Assembly (NCBI GenBank): GCA_049287895.1
Contig: JBAQGR010000728.1
Span: 1-62,554, forward strand
Source of the DNA: Desulfatitalea sp.
Lineage (GTDB): Bacteria; Desulfobacterota; Desulfobacteria; Desulfobacterales; Desulfosarcinaceae
Reading direction: 5' to 3'
Length of the DNA stretch: 62,554 bases
Shown here piece after piece: positions 47,813 through 57,246 of this stretch (the stretch's first letter is position 1; each line of letters starts with the position of its first letter). The position numbers were made by a program, and so were the translations under genes. The notes below the pieces were generated by a model. The model saw only the letters and a program-made list of their open reading frames with translations. It was not told the origin of the DNA and searched no databases.

Positions 47813-49111
47813 ATGCAGACGATTACCCTTGAACCGGTACGATGGCAAGAAGATCCGTCCCGCATCACCGCCCATGTGAATGATTCGCAGCTGGCGGTCT
47901 ACTACCAGGTCACCAGTCTCAAATCCGTGGAGACCATTTGCTGCGGCCGGCCAGTGGAAGAGCTGCCGCGCATTTTGCCTATTCTGGCACCCGCCCATCA
48001 CCTCACCGCGGCGCTGGCCCTGGATCGGCTCTTTCAGGTGGAACCGCCGCAGTTGGCTCAGAACATGCGGGCAGCGCTGTTGCAAGCTCAATATTGCACC
48101 GCCCACCTGCGCAAGTTCTTCTTCCTGATGACGAGCCTGCAAAATCCGTTTGGCAACTTTCATGTCCCCGGTCGCAACATCCATCAACCGAAGGCATCTA
48201 TCCGGCTTGTTGAAAAAATCATGCACCATGCCGCCCTTTCCCAGGAAGCCGAAGATATCCTAGGCGGCCGGCATGACCATCCCCTAACGGCTGTGGCCGG
48301 CGGTGTCAGCCGTTATCTTAAAGAAGGACACTACCAGCGGCTGACCGGTATCTGCAACGCCTTGTTGCCTTTTGTGCGGGAACTGGCCGAATTGACACGC
48401 ACCGAATTTCTGGCCGATGGAGGCATTCTATCGCCCTGGTCCGATTTTGAAATACCGGCCTTGGCGGGCCTGCACCTGGCTGCGGACGGTAAAGCCACCC
48501 TCACCCACCCCAATGGTAGCGCGACACAGCAATTCAATGCCGAACAGTTGGGCGATATCATCGCTTTTCAACAGGAAGAGTGGACGTATCAACCCTTTGC
48601 CTATCTCAAAGAAAAGGGGTGGCAGGGTGTCGAGCAGTCCCAGGGCCTGTTCTTTGTCGGTCCCCTGGCACGTTTCAACTCCGGTCAAACGGCAATCACT
48701 CCGCAGGCTGAAGAAGAACGTCAACGTATGGTTGAATTACTGGGGAATCCGCCGGTGTACAAAATAACAGCGGCTTTTGCCGCCTTGGCCGTGGAGTTGA
48801 TCCAGGCTGCCGAGATGCTGCAAATCCTGAGCACTCCGGAAAAGTTGGCCGGCCCGGTCCTGCGGACGATCCCCAAGACCAAAGCCGGATCAACCTGGGC
48901 TGCCCTGGAAACACCCCAGGGCCTGACCTGGCACCAATATCACATCGACGATAGCGGCATCGTCCAGGCCGTGACGATCATCGATGCCCATGCGGCCAAC
49001 AACGCTCTCAAGTGCCAGCTGGCCAAACATTTGGTGGGCGCGGCCCTGGAAAGAAAGGAAAATCCGGCGGCAATCAAAGAAAAAGTCGCGGTTGCGTTGC
49101 TGCCTTTCTAG
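47813..49111 (+). CDS. MvhA-like [NiFe]-hydrogenase large-subunit homologue lacking Ni-binding cysteines
   Basis: GRPVEELPR, AHHL, GGRHDHP...GGVS, VGPLARFN, ETPQGLTWHQY retained; N-terminal RxCxxC and C-terminal DPCxxC absent. Confidence 0.8.
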   Translation: MQTITLEPVRWQEDPSRITAHVNDSQLAVYYQVTSLKSVETICCGRPVEELPRILPILAPAHHLTAALALDRLFQVEPPQLAQNMRAALLQAQYCTAHLRKFFFLMTSLQNPFGNFHVPGRNIHQPKASIRLVEKIMHHAALSQEAEDILGGRHDHPLTAVAGGVSRYLKEGHYQRLTGICNALLPFVRELAELTRTEFLADGGILSPWSDFEIPALAGLHLAADGKATLTHPNGSATQQFNAEQLGDIIAFQQEEWTYQPFAYLKEKGWQGVEQSQGLFFVGPLARFNSGQTAITPQAEEERQRMVELLGNPPVYKITAAFAALAVELIQAAEMLQILSTPEKLAGPVLRTIPKTKAGSTWAALETPQGLTWHQYHIDDSGIVQAVTIIDAHAANNALKCQLAKHLVGAALERKENPAAIKEKVAVALLPF

Positions 49112-49208
49112 CAACTGGATAAATATCTAAATCGTTGAATCGTTAAATGGGAAAACCTTCAGATCAACGAGTTAGCGAATCAACGAATCAACAAAACCGG
49201 AGGATATC

Positions 49209-49697
49209 GTGGTGTATAAAACCTTAATCATCGATGCCAACAAGTGCACGGGCTGCCGTTCCTGCGAAAGCTACTGCGCTTTGAAGCATGAAGGCGTCTG
49301 CAGTCCGGCCAAGGGTCGGGTACATGTGGTCAAGTGGGAGCAAGAAGGCGTTTACGTCCCCATCAATTGCATGCGTTGCGACGAACCGGCCTGCGAGCTG
49401 GCCTGTCCCAAGCAAGCCACCTTCCGCAATTATGAAACCGGCGCCATGGAAGTGGATGCTACCCGCTGCATCGGATGTTACAGCTGCGTGTTCGCTTGTC
49501 CTTTCGGTGCCACCTTTGTGGACAGCCAGGACGGCAGGGTACTCAAATGCGATCTGTGCGGCGGCGATCCAACTTGCGCCAAAGTGTGCCCCACAGGGGC
49601 CATTACGTGTGAAGAGATCACCAAAGAGACCTATCTGAAACTGATCGCCAACGCTGAATGTATACCGAAGTTGGTCAAACAGGCCTTGGGGAAATAA
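49209..49697 (+). CDS. 4Fe-4S dicluster protein (AOR partner, WorA-like)
   Basis: CTGCRSCESYC, CMRCDEPACELACP, CIGCYSCVFACP, KCDLCGGDPTCAKVCP; GTG start after GGAGG. Confidence 0.9.
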   Translation: MVYKTLIIDANKCTGCRSCESYCALKHEGVCSPAKGRVHVVKWEQEGVYVPINCMRCDEPACELACPKQATFRNYETGAMEVDATRCIGCYSCVFACPFGATFVDSQDGRVLKCDLCGGDPTCAKVCPTGAITCEEITKETYLKLIANAECIPKLVKQALGK

Positions 49698-49766
49698 AAC
49701 GGCTATTCGTTCCTGATGGATGATTGATAGTTGATGGTTTGTTGAGTTTATTGGGAGGGATAAAAT

Positions 49767-50560
49767 ATGTACGGATGGGCAGGCAATATACTTAAAATCG
49801 ATTTAAGTTCGGGCAAGATCACCACCGAGCCGACCGAACCCTATGTGGACCAATTCCTGGGGGCCGCGGTCTAGGCGTGCGCCTGATCTATGATCACTAC
49901 AAACCGGGCACGGATGCTTTTGATCCGTCCAACCCTTTGATTTTCAATACCGGTCCCTTGTCCGGAACGGCCCTGATGCAGGCCGTGGGCCATCGCGGCG
50001 ATCCTCTGCCGTTGCGGGGTAGCCTTCTGGAAGTGGACTGGCACCACGCCAATGACTGGTTTCAGCAAGTTGCCAAGGAACAGTTCGGAGATGCGCAAGC
50101 TGCAATCCCAACCTCTTACCAAGGCAAAGCCCGCTCGGCGGTCATCTCCGAACACATGGAGCGGGTAGCCGACAACATGGGCGTCTGCAAATGGCTGTAT
50201 GGCCTGTTTATCTACAACGATATGGACATGGCTTGCCGGATTTTCAATTTGGCCACCGGCAAGGATTGGGGCATCGATCAGATTCTGAAAACATCCGAAC
50301 GGGTGCGCAACCTGGAGCGGATGTTCGATGTGCGCCAGGGGCTGCGCCGCAAGGACGACAGCCTGCCCAGAAAATTCTTCGAACAGCCTCTGGGAAAAGG
50401 CCCCTACAAGGGAGAAGTGATTGACGAAAAAAAATTCGAGCAGATGAAAGACGAATACTACGAAATCAGGGGCTGGGATAAACATACCGGTATACCGACC
50501 AGGGAGAAACTCGTGGAACTAGGGCTTGGCGATGCGGCCGGCGCCGTTCCGGATGTTTGA
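49767..50560 (+). pseudogene. AOR-family pseudogene (frameshift plus large internal deletion)
   Basis: MYGWAGNILKIDLSSG... stops at 49872-49874 after a 1-nt loss in G5 (49859-49863). The downstream frame joins GPLSGTA directly to LMQAVGHRGDP, missing residues 70-435 of the paralogue at 11197. Confidence 0.88.
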
Positions 50561-50730
50561 TACTGTACCGCCCCCTCGGCCAACAGTATGCCATCCGCCC
50601 CCCTTCAGCCCTTCTTTTCACTTCATGACACGCACCTGTAACAGCTAAAAAGTAATGGGGGGCGGATAGCAGCGCCACTCTGGCTGCGCCGGAAGTATTA
50701 AGTATAAAATTCTAAGCAGAGGTATCCAAG

Positions 50731-51396
50731 ATGAAAGAAGACATCCTCGAAAAAGGTGCCATCATCCAACGGGACAAAGAAACTTACGCCGTTGCGCCTC
50801 ACATCCCCGGTGGCTTCATCAGCGTTGGAGATTTCCGGAAAATGGTGGACACAGCCGACAAGTATCATGCCGCTGCCCTGAAGATGACTTCCGGCCAGCG
50901 CATCGCCGTGATCGGCCTGGCAGAAAAAGACCTGGATGCCTTCTGGCGCGACATTGAACGTCCCATCGGTTACGCCCTTGGCTTGTGCGTGCGGATGGTC
51001 AAGTTTTGCCCGGGCACCACTTATTGCCGCCATGGCAAACAGGATGCCATGGGGGTGGGTGCCGAGTTGGATCGTCGTCACCATGGCCGCATGCTTTCAG
51101 CCAAGTTCAAAATCGGGGTTGCCGGCTGCGAGTACGCCTGTAATGCCCCGCGCTTCAAAGAGGTGGGGCTGCTGGGACTTCCGGATGGATGGCAGGTCAG
51201 CATCGGCGGGACCTGCGGCGCCAAACCGCGCTTTGGGGATATTGTCGCGGAAAAACTGGACGATGCTAATGCCATTACAATGACGGACAATATCATCAAG
51301 TGGTACGAATCGGGCAATTTCAAGCCCAAAGTCCGCATGGGGCGGATTATCGAGGAACTGGGCCTGGATCAGGTCAGGAAAGCGATCGGGATATAA
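50731..51396 (+). CDS. Nitrite/sulfite reductase ferredoxin-like + 4Fe-4S/siroheme domain protein
   Basis: KGAIIQRDKETYAVAPHIPGG, KMTSGQRI, VKFCPGTTYC, KFKIGVAGCEYAC. Confidence 0.85.
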   Translation: MKEDILEKGAIIQRDKETYAVAPHIPGGFISVGDFRKMVDTADKYHAAALKMTSGQRIAVIGLAEKDLDAFWRDIERPIGYALGLCVRMVKFCPGTTYCRHGKQDAMGVGAELDRRHHGRMLSAKFKIGVAGCEYACNAPRFKEVGLLGLPDGWQVSIGGTCGAKPRFGDIVAEKLDDANAITMTDNIIKWYESGNFKPKVRMGRIIEELGLDQVRKAIGI

Positions 51397-51441
51397 GCCA
51401 ATCGTTAGGGTTCGGTGACACCGCATCAAAGGAGAATTCCC

Positions 51442-51741
51442 ATGGTCACATTGGTGAATGTTCCACGCTACATCGCCTTGTTGAAAAATTACAGCTCGAA
51501 ACCTATGCTCACGAAATGGTTGGGGAAGGAAGGTGAACTGGTGGAAGATGGCCAGCCGCTGGTGGTCGTTGAAACCACCAAAGCTTCCCTTGAAATCGAG
51601 GCCATGGCATCCGGAATCCTGTTCATCCTTCGGAAGGTCGGCGATACGGTGAATATCGGGGACACCTTGGGTATGATCGCCAACAGCAAATCGGAAATAG
51701 CGGAATTCAAGACCCTGCTGATAAATTATCAACTGAATTAG
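51442..51741 (+). CDS. Stand-alone biotinyl/lipoyl-attachment domain protein
   Basis: KWLGKEGELVEDGQPLVVVETTKASLEIEAMASGIL...GDTVNIG; AAGGAG RBS. Confidence 0.8.
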   Translation: MVTLVNVPRYIALLKNYSSKPMLTKWLGKEGELVEDGQPLVVVETTKASLEIEAMASGILFILRKVGDTVNIGDTLGMIANSKSEIAEFKTLLINYQLN

Positions 51742-51803
51742 CAGCAAGAGCATAAATCAGGTGCGCGAAGACCGCTGAGTGCTAATAATAAGGAGCCGCA
51801 GCA

Positions 51804-52487
51804 ATGGCAAAAGAAGATCTATTGACCAAAGGGGCCATCCTGCAAAGGGATGAAGAAACCTATGCTATCGTTGTCCGGTTACCGGCCAGCATACTCGATG
51901 TCGCCACCGGCCGCAAAATCGCCGACGTGGCCCAGAGATTCGGTGCCGAAATTTTAAAGGTCACCGGTGACGGCCGCCTGGCCATCATCGGCATCCAGGA
52001 AGAAGATATTAATACCGTCTGTGAAGAATTGGGCTCCCCACCCAAAGCGGGGACGGCACTTTGCCAGCAGTATGTCAAAGTGTGCCCGGGCAATACCTTC
52101 TGCAACCGCGGCCAGCGGGATACGCTTGCATTTGCCCGTGAGATGGAGGATCGTTTCTATCCCTTCCCCAAAATCACCGCAAAAATCAAAATCGGCATCT
52201 CGGGTTGTTTCAACTCCTGCGCCGAACCGGCCATCAAGGATATCGGATTCATCGGGCTGCCCAAAGGCTGGGTGCTGATGGTGGGCGGCGCCGGCGGTAA
52301 AGAGCCCATGATCGCGCAAACCATCGCCCGCGATCTCAGCGACGACCAGGCCCTGGAAGCGACGGGCAAGATTCTCACCTATTACCGCGGTATATCAACC
52401 CGGCCTCAAACCCGTAATTTAAGGTTGGGCGTGATTCTGGAAAAGGAAGGCACCAAAAGGATCCGCAGTATATGCGGCTTCGAATAA
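51804..52487 (+). CDS. Second nitrite/sulfite reductase-domain protein
   Basis: [38 protein letters not shown]; paralogous to 50731. Confidence 0.85.
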   Translation: MAKEDLLTKGAILQRDEETYAIVVRLPASILDVATGRKIADVAQRFGAEILKVTGDGRLAIIGIQEEDINTVCEELGSPPKAGTALCQQYVKVCPGNTFCNRGQRDTLAFAREMEDRFYPFPKITAKIKIGISGCFNSCAEPAIKDIGFIGLPKGWVLMVGGAGGKEPMIAQTIARDLSDDQALEATGKILTYYRGISTRPQTRNLRLGVILEKEGTKRIRSICGFE

Positions 52488-52521
52488 ACCAGGGTTAATT
52501 TTGATTTCAGGAGGGAAGATT

Positions 52522-52683
52522 ATGGATAAATGGGTATGCTCGGCCTGCGGTTATATCTACGATCCGGCCGACGGTGATTCGGTCGGCGGTATTGCGCCGG
52601 GAACGGCTTTTGAGGATCTTCCCGACACCTGGTTTTGTCCCAATTGCGGCGTGGGCAAAGAATTTTTCGAAAAGCAGGCATAA
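52522..52683 (+). CDS. Rubredoxin
   Basis: [12 protein letters not shown]...[17 protein letters not shown]. Confidence 0.95.
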   Translation: MDKWVCSACGYIYDPADGDSVGGIAPGTAFEDLPDTWFCPNCGVGKEFFEKQA

Positions 52684-52694
52684 GGGAGTCTCCG

Positions 52695-52889
52695 ATGGAT
52701 CTTGACTACAGCAATCGGGTGTGCGGAGTTTGCCGAAATTGGGAAGGCCGGCGCGATTTTGTCGACGGTCTGGTCCGGGTCAAATCATCGGCCAGGGGGC
52801 AATGTACGCTCCTCAAGAAAATAAAACCACCCCATGGAGGCTGTAATCAATGTAAAAAGTGGGATTGTAAGGTTATGGAAAAACAGTAA
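52695..52889 (+). CDS. Small Cys-rich hypothetical protein (64 aa)
   Basis: GGGAG RBS; CGVC...GQC...GGCNQC...C; fits the operon spacing. Confidence 0.6.
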   Translation: MDLDYSNRVCGVCRNWEGRRDFVDGLVRVKSSARGQCTLLKKIKPPHGGCNQCKKWDCKVMEKQ

Positions 52890-52890
52890 C

Positions 52891-53184
52891 ATGGTCACGC
52901 AAATTCTGTTGCCGGAAATCGGTTGGATCGGCATGCCGAGATGCAGAAACAAGATATGGCTTGGAAGACGGCACAAATCAAACGGCTCCAGCGTCAAAAT
53001 CAATGAAGTCATTGCCGTTATAGAAACACCCAAGGCTGAAATCGAAAGTAAATCTCCGAGTTCCGGAATTCTTTTCGGGCGGGAACGCAATTTGATCAAC
53101 TTGAAAGGACTTTGGTTCTTTTGTACAAGACCAGAACCCGGTTACGTTGTTCTGCCCCTTCGGTGGGCATTCAGTTCGTCCTGA
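52891..53184 (+). pseudogene. Degenerate second lipoyl-domain protein
   Basis: MVTQILLPEIG...GSSVKINEVIAVIETPKAEIESKSPSSGILF, then loses similarity. Confidence 0.55.
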
Positions 53185-53324
53185 TGGCGGCTGTTGCGCT
53201 GGCGTCAGGAATGGACCTGATTCTGCCGGCTCGGCAGCCGGCTCACATGCGCCACTGCAGTTTTATCGAAGAAGGCAGTATTTTTGTGGACTGGCAAGGA
53301 TCAGTCTCTCCTATCCATCAGTAA
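53184..53324 (+). pseudogene. Fragment of a radical SAM/SPASM maturase
   Basis: RHCSFIEEGSIFVDWQGSVSP resembles the first SPASM motif (C.F...G..F..W.G.V.PC); no radical SAM core. Confidence 0.5.
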
Positions 53325-53352
53325 GACTGATTTGAAGCAAGGAAATCAGACA

Positions 53353-54510
53353 ATGAAAAAACAAAAGGACCAACCCAAATCAATCGATGTAGCGGATATA
53401 ATCGCGCAGATTCGAGCGGCGGGGCTTCATCCGCCGGAGACCATGACCTTGATGGTCACCGACGGTTGCAATTTGCGCTGCCGTCATTGCTGGCTCGATT
53501 GCCGCAGTTTGGAAAAAGCGACGCGGGTCGCCACTTCCAAAATACAGCGGGTGATCGATGAATTCGACCACCTGGGCGGCAGGCACATCAATCTGACCGG
53601 TGGAGAAATTCTATCGCATCCGGGTTGGCAACGTATCCTGCAATTCTGCTTCAGCCATACCCGGATCAATACGGTCTGCCTCCAAACCAACGCTACATTG
53701 ATCACCCGAAAGCACCTTGGCGCACTGCTGGACTTTCCTCCGGCCAGGTTGAAGATTCAGGTCAGCCTGGATGGCGCGGGCGCCCGAACCCATGATCTTG
53801 TCAGAGGTCCCGGCAGCTTTGGCCGGGCCATGGCCGGATTGCGTCTCCTGGTTGAGGGCGGATTGGGGCTCCAAACACAAGTGGCTTTTACCGAGATGGC
53901 CCATAACTTTAGCGAGTTGCCGCAATTATTGGAAAGCCTGAACAAAATGGGCATCGGGCGTTTAATCAGCAGCACGCTCGTCAAGGGCGGAAGGGCAAAT
54001 GAGTCGGCTCACATTAATCTGCCGACTCCCTCCCAATATTGGGAGTTGGTCCACCTTTACCAGACCGATGCCGGTTTCAGGCAGATTTATGATCAAATAG
54101 CCAACTTCGCAGCCATAGAATGGTTTAAAAACCGCTCGGAGACCACCGACAGCAAATGTGGCTGCCTTAAAGACCTGTTCGTGGACAGCCGGGGATATCT
54201 GTATCCTTGCACCATGCTCCTGTTGGACCGCTATGCTTCGGAAAGCGTATACACCCAGCCATTGGATCAAATTATCCGCAAGTCCCTTGGCCGATGGCGT
54301 GAGATACCTATCCTGAGCCATCTACGAAAAAGCGTGCTTCAGCCCTGCTCGCGCTGTGCCAATAAAGACCACTGTGGCGGTGGCTGTATGGGGCGTGCAG
54401 CTTCATCCGGAGGGGAGTTGATGACCCCTGAAGATCGTTGCGCATTACGCAAAGCCGTCTACCATTGGACAGAATTGCCCAGTGTCGGTTCGTTTTGCTG
54501 CGGACGCTGA
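53353..54510 (+). CDS. Radical SAM/SPASM domain protein
   Basis: CNLRCRHC, TGGE, QTNAT, VSLDG...HDLVRGPGSF; SPASM CGC...YPC...CSRC...CGGGC...C. Confidence 0.9.
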   Translation: MKKQKDQPKSIDVADIIAQIRAAGLHPPETMTLMVTDGCNLRCRHCWLDCRSLEKATRVATSKIQRVIDEFDHLGGRHINLTGGEILSHPGWQRILQFCFSHTRINTVCLQTNATLITRKHLGALLDFPPARLKIQVSLDGAGARTHDLVRGPGSFGRAMAGLRLLVEGGLGLQTQVAFTEMAHNFSELPQLLESLNKMGIGRLISSTLVKGGRANESAHINLPTPSQYWELVHLYQTDAGFRQIYDQIANFAAIEWFKNRSETTDSKCGCLKDLFVDSRGYLYPCTMLLLDRYASESVYTQPLDQIIRKSLGRWREIPILSHLRKSVLQPCSRCANKDHCGGGCMGRAASSGGELMTPEDRCALRKAVYHWTELPSVGSFCCGR

Positions 54511-54517
54511 CCTTCAG

Positions 54518-55624
54518 TTACTCGAATACCAGCATCGTAGAGGTCTGGTTGATATGCCCGATGAATTCTTCGCCATAAGTACTGAAACCGATTGTCGGTA
54601 GATCTAAAAAAATGTCGGCATATGCTTGGGCCATGCCATTCTTCTCAAGCTCCAACGTACGCAAGATGCAGTGAAAGTTTATAATGCCGGAGATATGCTT
54701 CAATTCAGCCAGCTTTTCAGCAACTGCAGCACGGGTATCCTTGATGATGTCGGAGGATTCCAGCAGCGTCATCTCCATCCCTTCCATGACATTGCAATAA
54801 AAATGCATGGCATCGCCCTCTATGCGCTGAGGACTGCGGACATAAGGTTCATCGTCAATTACCAGGCCCACGGGGTTTGACATAAAAAATTGATCGGCTT
54901 TATCGGTGGTTGTTCCGACAGCTTCGGCATATGCCACGACTGCGGGCTTATGATTGAATTCGATCACTTTTCTTTCCGAGAGCTTGACCTTGGTAGCCAT
55001 TAATTTAGACGGACAGGGTTTGAAACTTTGGGTTTTGATAAAGCTGAATTTCACCTTGGGTTTCAGGAGCACCAGCAAGGCTGCATCGGTATACGCTTTT
55101 CCGTTTGCATAAACCCACGTTTGAGAGAATTTCAGATCATCCCCGGCCGATCCTCCAATGAAAAATAGATTACTGAGCTCGCCGATGCGATCCATCAATT
55201 TTTCTTCTGCCATTCTGAGCCCATCCACCAGGATGATGCCCACATATTCCTCCATATCCATTGCGAATGGATCAACCTTGAAGTACTTTGTGAATCCATT
55301 GAAGGCTTCATCCACGCGATTTTCAGTCTGAATGTGTTCAACGATCTGCACGTTCAGATCCTGAATAACATCTACGGCAAAACCCATAGCCACAATAGAA
55401 TTCTTCATCATTTTGCCGGAAACAATTTCTCCGGATGTGGAACATCCAAAAGTATCGGCATGGGGAAAAGCCTTTTGCATGCTTTGGCTGATCGACTGGG
55501 GATCGTATTGGGACGAGGCAAAAAAAATGACGACGCGGGGGTCGCAGCCGGTCATTTGAGATTGAATATGGTTTGCCGCCTTTTCAGGATTTGATTCGGT
55601 GCTGTATGCGGTGCTGATATTCAT
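54518..55624 (-). CDS. FIST N/C domain signal transduction protein
   Basis: FASSQYD, GCSTSGEI, LVDGL, GGSAGDD, HCILRTLEL, GFSTYGE...HINQT. Confidence 0.92.
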   Translation of the reverse strand: MNISTAYSTESNPEKAANHIQSQMTGCDPRVVIFFASSQYDPQSISQSMQKAFPHADTFGCSTSGEIVSGKMMKNSIVAMGFAVDVIQDLNVQIVEHIQTENRVDEAFNGFTKYFKVDPFAMDMEEYVGIILVDGLRMAEEKLMDRIGELSNLFFIGGSAGDDLKFSQTWVYANGKAYTDAALLVLLKPKVKFSFIKTQSFKPCPSKLMATKVKLSERKVIEFNHKPAVVAYAEAVGTTTDKADQFFMSNPVGLVIDDEPYVRSPQRIEGDAMHFYCNVMEGMEMTLLESSDIIKDTRAAVAEKLAELKHISGIINFHCILRTLELEKNGMAQAYADIFLDLPTIGFSTYGEEFIGHINQTSTMLVFE

Positions 55625-55681
55625 TTGGTCTCCTTGGATAAAACGTTAGTCTGACAATGCTGCATCCGCTGATGCAAAAGC

Positions 55682-56377
55682 TCAAAGCATCTGTTCGATC
55701 TGATCTCCGATACGGGCCTTGGCGCTATGAATCTTAATACCCAGTTTTCCGGCGAGATCCATCAGTCTTTGCACAAGATTGGGATCATCCGGGGTATCCA
55801 GGGAATAGGCGTCCGGATTAATGCCTTTGAGCATGAATTTAGTCCTGATCACTTTGGCTACGGATGGGTCTCCGCCTGATCGTTGCGTGATAATGCTATC
55901 GATGATTAGCTTGGTCTTGCCCTTGGACTGATCCGATTTGGTCTTGATTTGCAACCCGTAAGACCGGGCCAGATCCAACAATTTTCTCAATAACACCGGA
56001 TCATCCGGTGTATTCGGCGTGAGGTTGTCCGGGTTGATGCCTTTTAAGGCAATTTTAATTTTAATGGCTTTGGCAATGGCGCCGACCCCCCCGGAACGCT
56101 TGAGTATGATGGCATCGAGAAGCTTCTTGGCCCGGCCTCTGGATATGCCTCCATCCATGACGGATTCAATCAACCCCTCATCATAGAATGCCTTGAGTCT
56201 GGACACAAGCTCATCGGGATCATAGGCGTCCTGGACCGCGATGGTCTCCACCGATCTTTTGCCGTCCAATGCGAAAAGAATATTGAAGGTCCTGATGTCA
56301 TTAGTATAATCGGACAGTTTGAGGCGGGCGGATCGTTTGAAAATCGTTTTAGCGATCTCTTCCCGGGGGATTGTCAT
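55682..56377 (-). CDS. Hypothetical protein with tandem duplicated ~60-aa domain
   Basis: Two copies of D.II..RSGG...AK.I..K..LKGINPD.....TPDDP.L...L.DLA...G; AAGAGGTG RBS. Confidence 0.8.
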   Translation of the reverse strand: MTIPREEIAKTIFKRSARLKLSDYTNDIRTFNILFALDGKRSVETIAVQDAYDPDELVSRLKAFYDEGLIESVMDGGISRGRAKKLLDAIILKRSGGVGAIAKAIKIKIALKGINPDNLTPNTPDDPVLLRKLLDLARSYGLQIKTKSDQSKGKTKLIIDSIITQRSGGDPSVAKVIRTKFMLKGINPDAYSLDTPDDPNLVQRLMDLAGKLGIKIHSAKARIGDQIEQML

Positions 56378-56524
56378 GGGTCACCTCTTTTTGAATTACT
56401 GGTGTGGGAAAAGGTCAAACAGGCCATGAGAAGCTATCGACTCTCTCTTTTCCGGTTTCCAAAAAGCAAACTCAGGGAACATACCTTTAGTTGTTCACCT
56501 TTATAGGATACGGACTATAGCTAA

Positions 56525-56541
56525 TGCAAATTTTATGCCAA
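56525..56541 (-). promoter_or_regulatory. Sigma54 promoter for the hypothetical-FIST operon
   Basis: Minus strand TTGGCATAAAATTTGCA. Confidence 0.7.
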
Positions 56542-57246
56542 ATATCTTGAGCAGGAAATATGATCACCCCGGATCGAAAGCCCGATCCAACAGCTTTTAT
56601 CAAACTCAAACTCTTCCGGCTGTATTCTTTTGAGATTTTGCATCCGCCAGAATACGTTGATCCTCAAACCGGAGACGCCACAGAATACTTCCTTATTAAT
56701 ATGAAAAAATGGCGGGTTCCCAATAGCCCTGAATGTAACCAAAGGTCTCACAGATATTAGGGAAGATTTTGGTAATCGAAGGAATTAGCAGCATTTTAAA
56801 CCCTTAACCAAAGTGGGGCGGGATGGGGCGAAAACGGACATCCCACCGGCAACACCCGCCTACAATCAACATCCGTAAAAAACGACTTAACATTTGTTGG
56901 ATCTGTGACTATTTCGATATTGTCGATTATAGGCACGCTGACGACAAACGCAAGCATTTTGATATCTTCAAACCACACAAAGCGCTTGCGGCCTTCATCC
57001 GCTATTACTGGTCATTAAAGATTCCATGCGCTTCACATGCGGATCTTCGCCAACAATTCCCGACCGCAGGATGACCCAAAAGGCCTGCTCGAAAAGCCAA
57101 TATTATTTCAACCAACTGATATAAAAAAAAATTACACCGTAAACGGGTGTGGCAGCATACGGATAAAATGGTCACATCATTTTTCCTTTGAAAATGAAAT
57201 AGAAACATGGTTATATTGCCATATACCAATAGAAGGAGATGCGCTC

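Noticed and set aside
47813..49111. Functional [NiFe] hydrogenase
   Set aside because: Both Ni-binding CxxC motifs are absent.
56930..57074. Possible N-terminal fragment of an AraC-type regulator (FKPHKALAAFIRYYWSL)
   Set aside because: The resemblance is weak and short with no HTH following; the small AT-rich ORFs at 56533-57229 are likewise unsupported.
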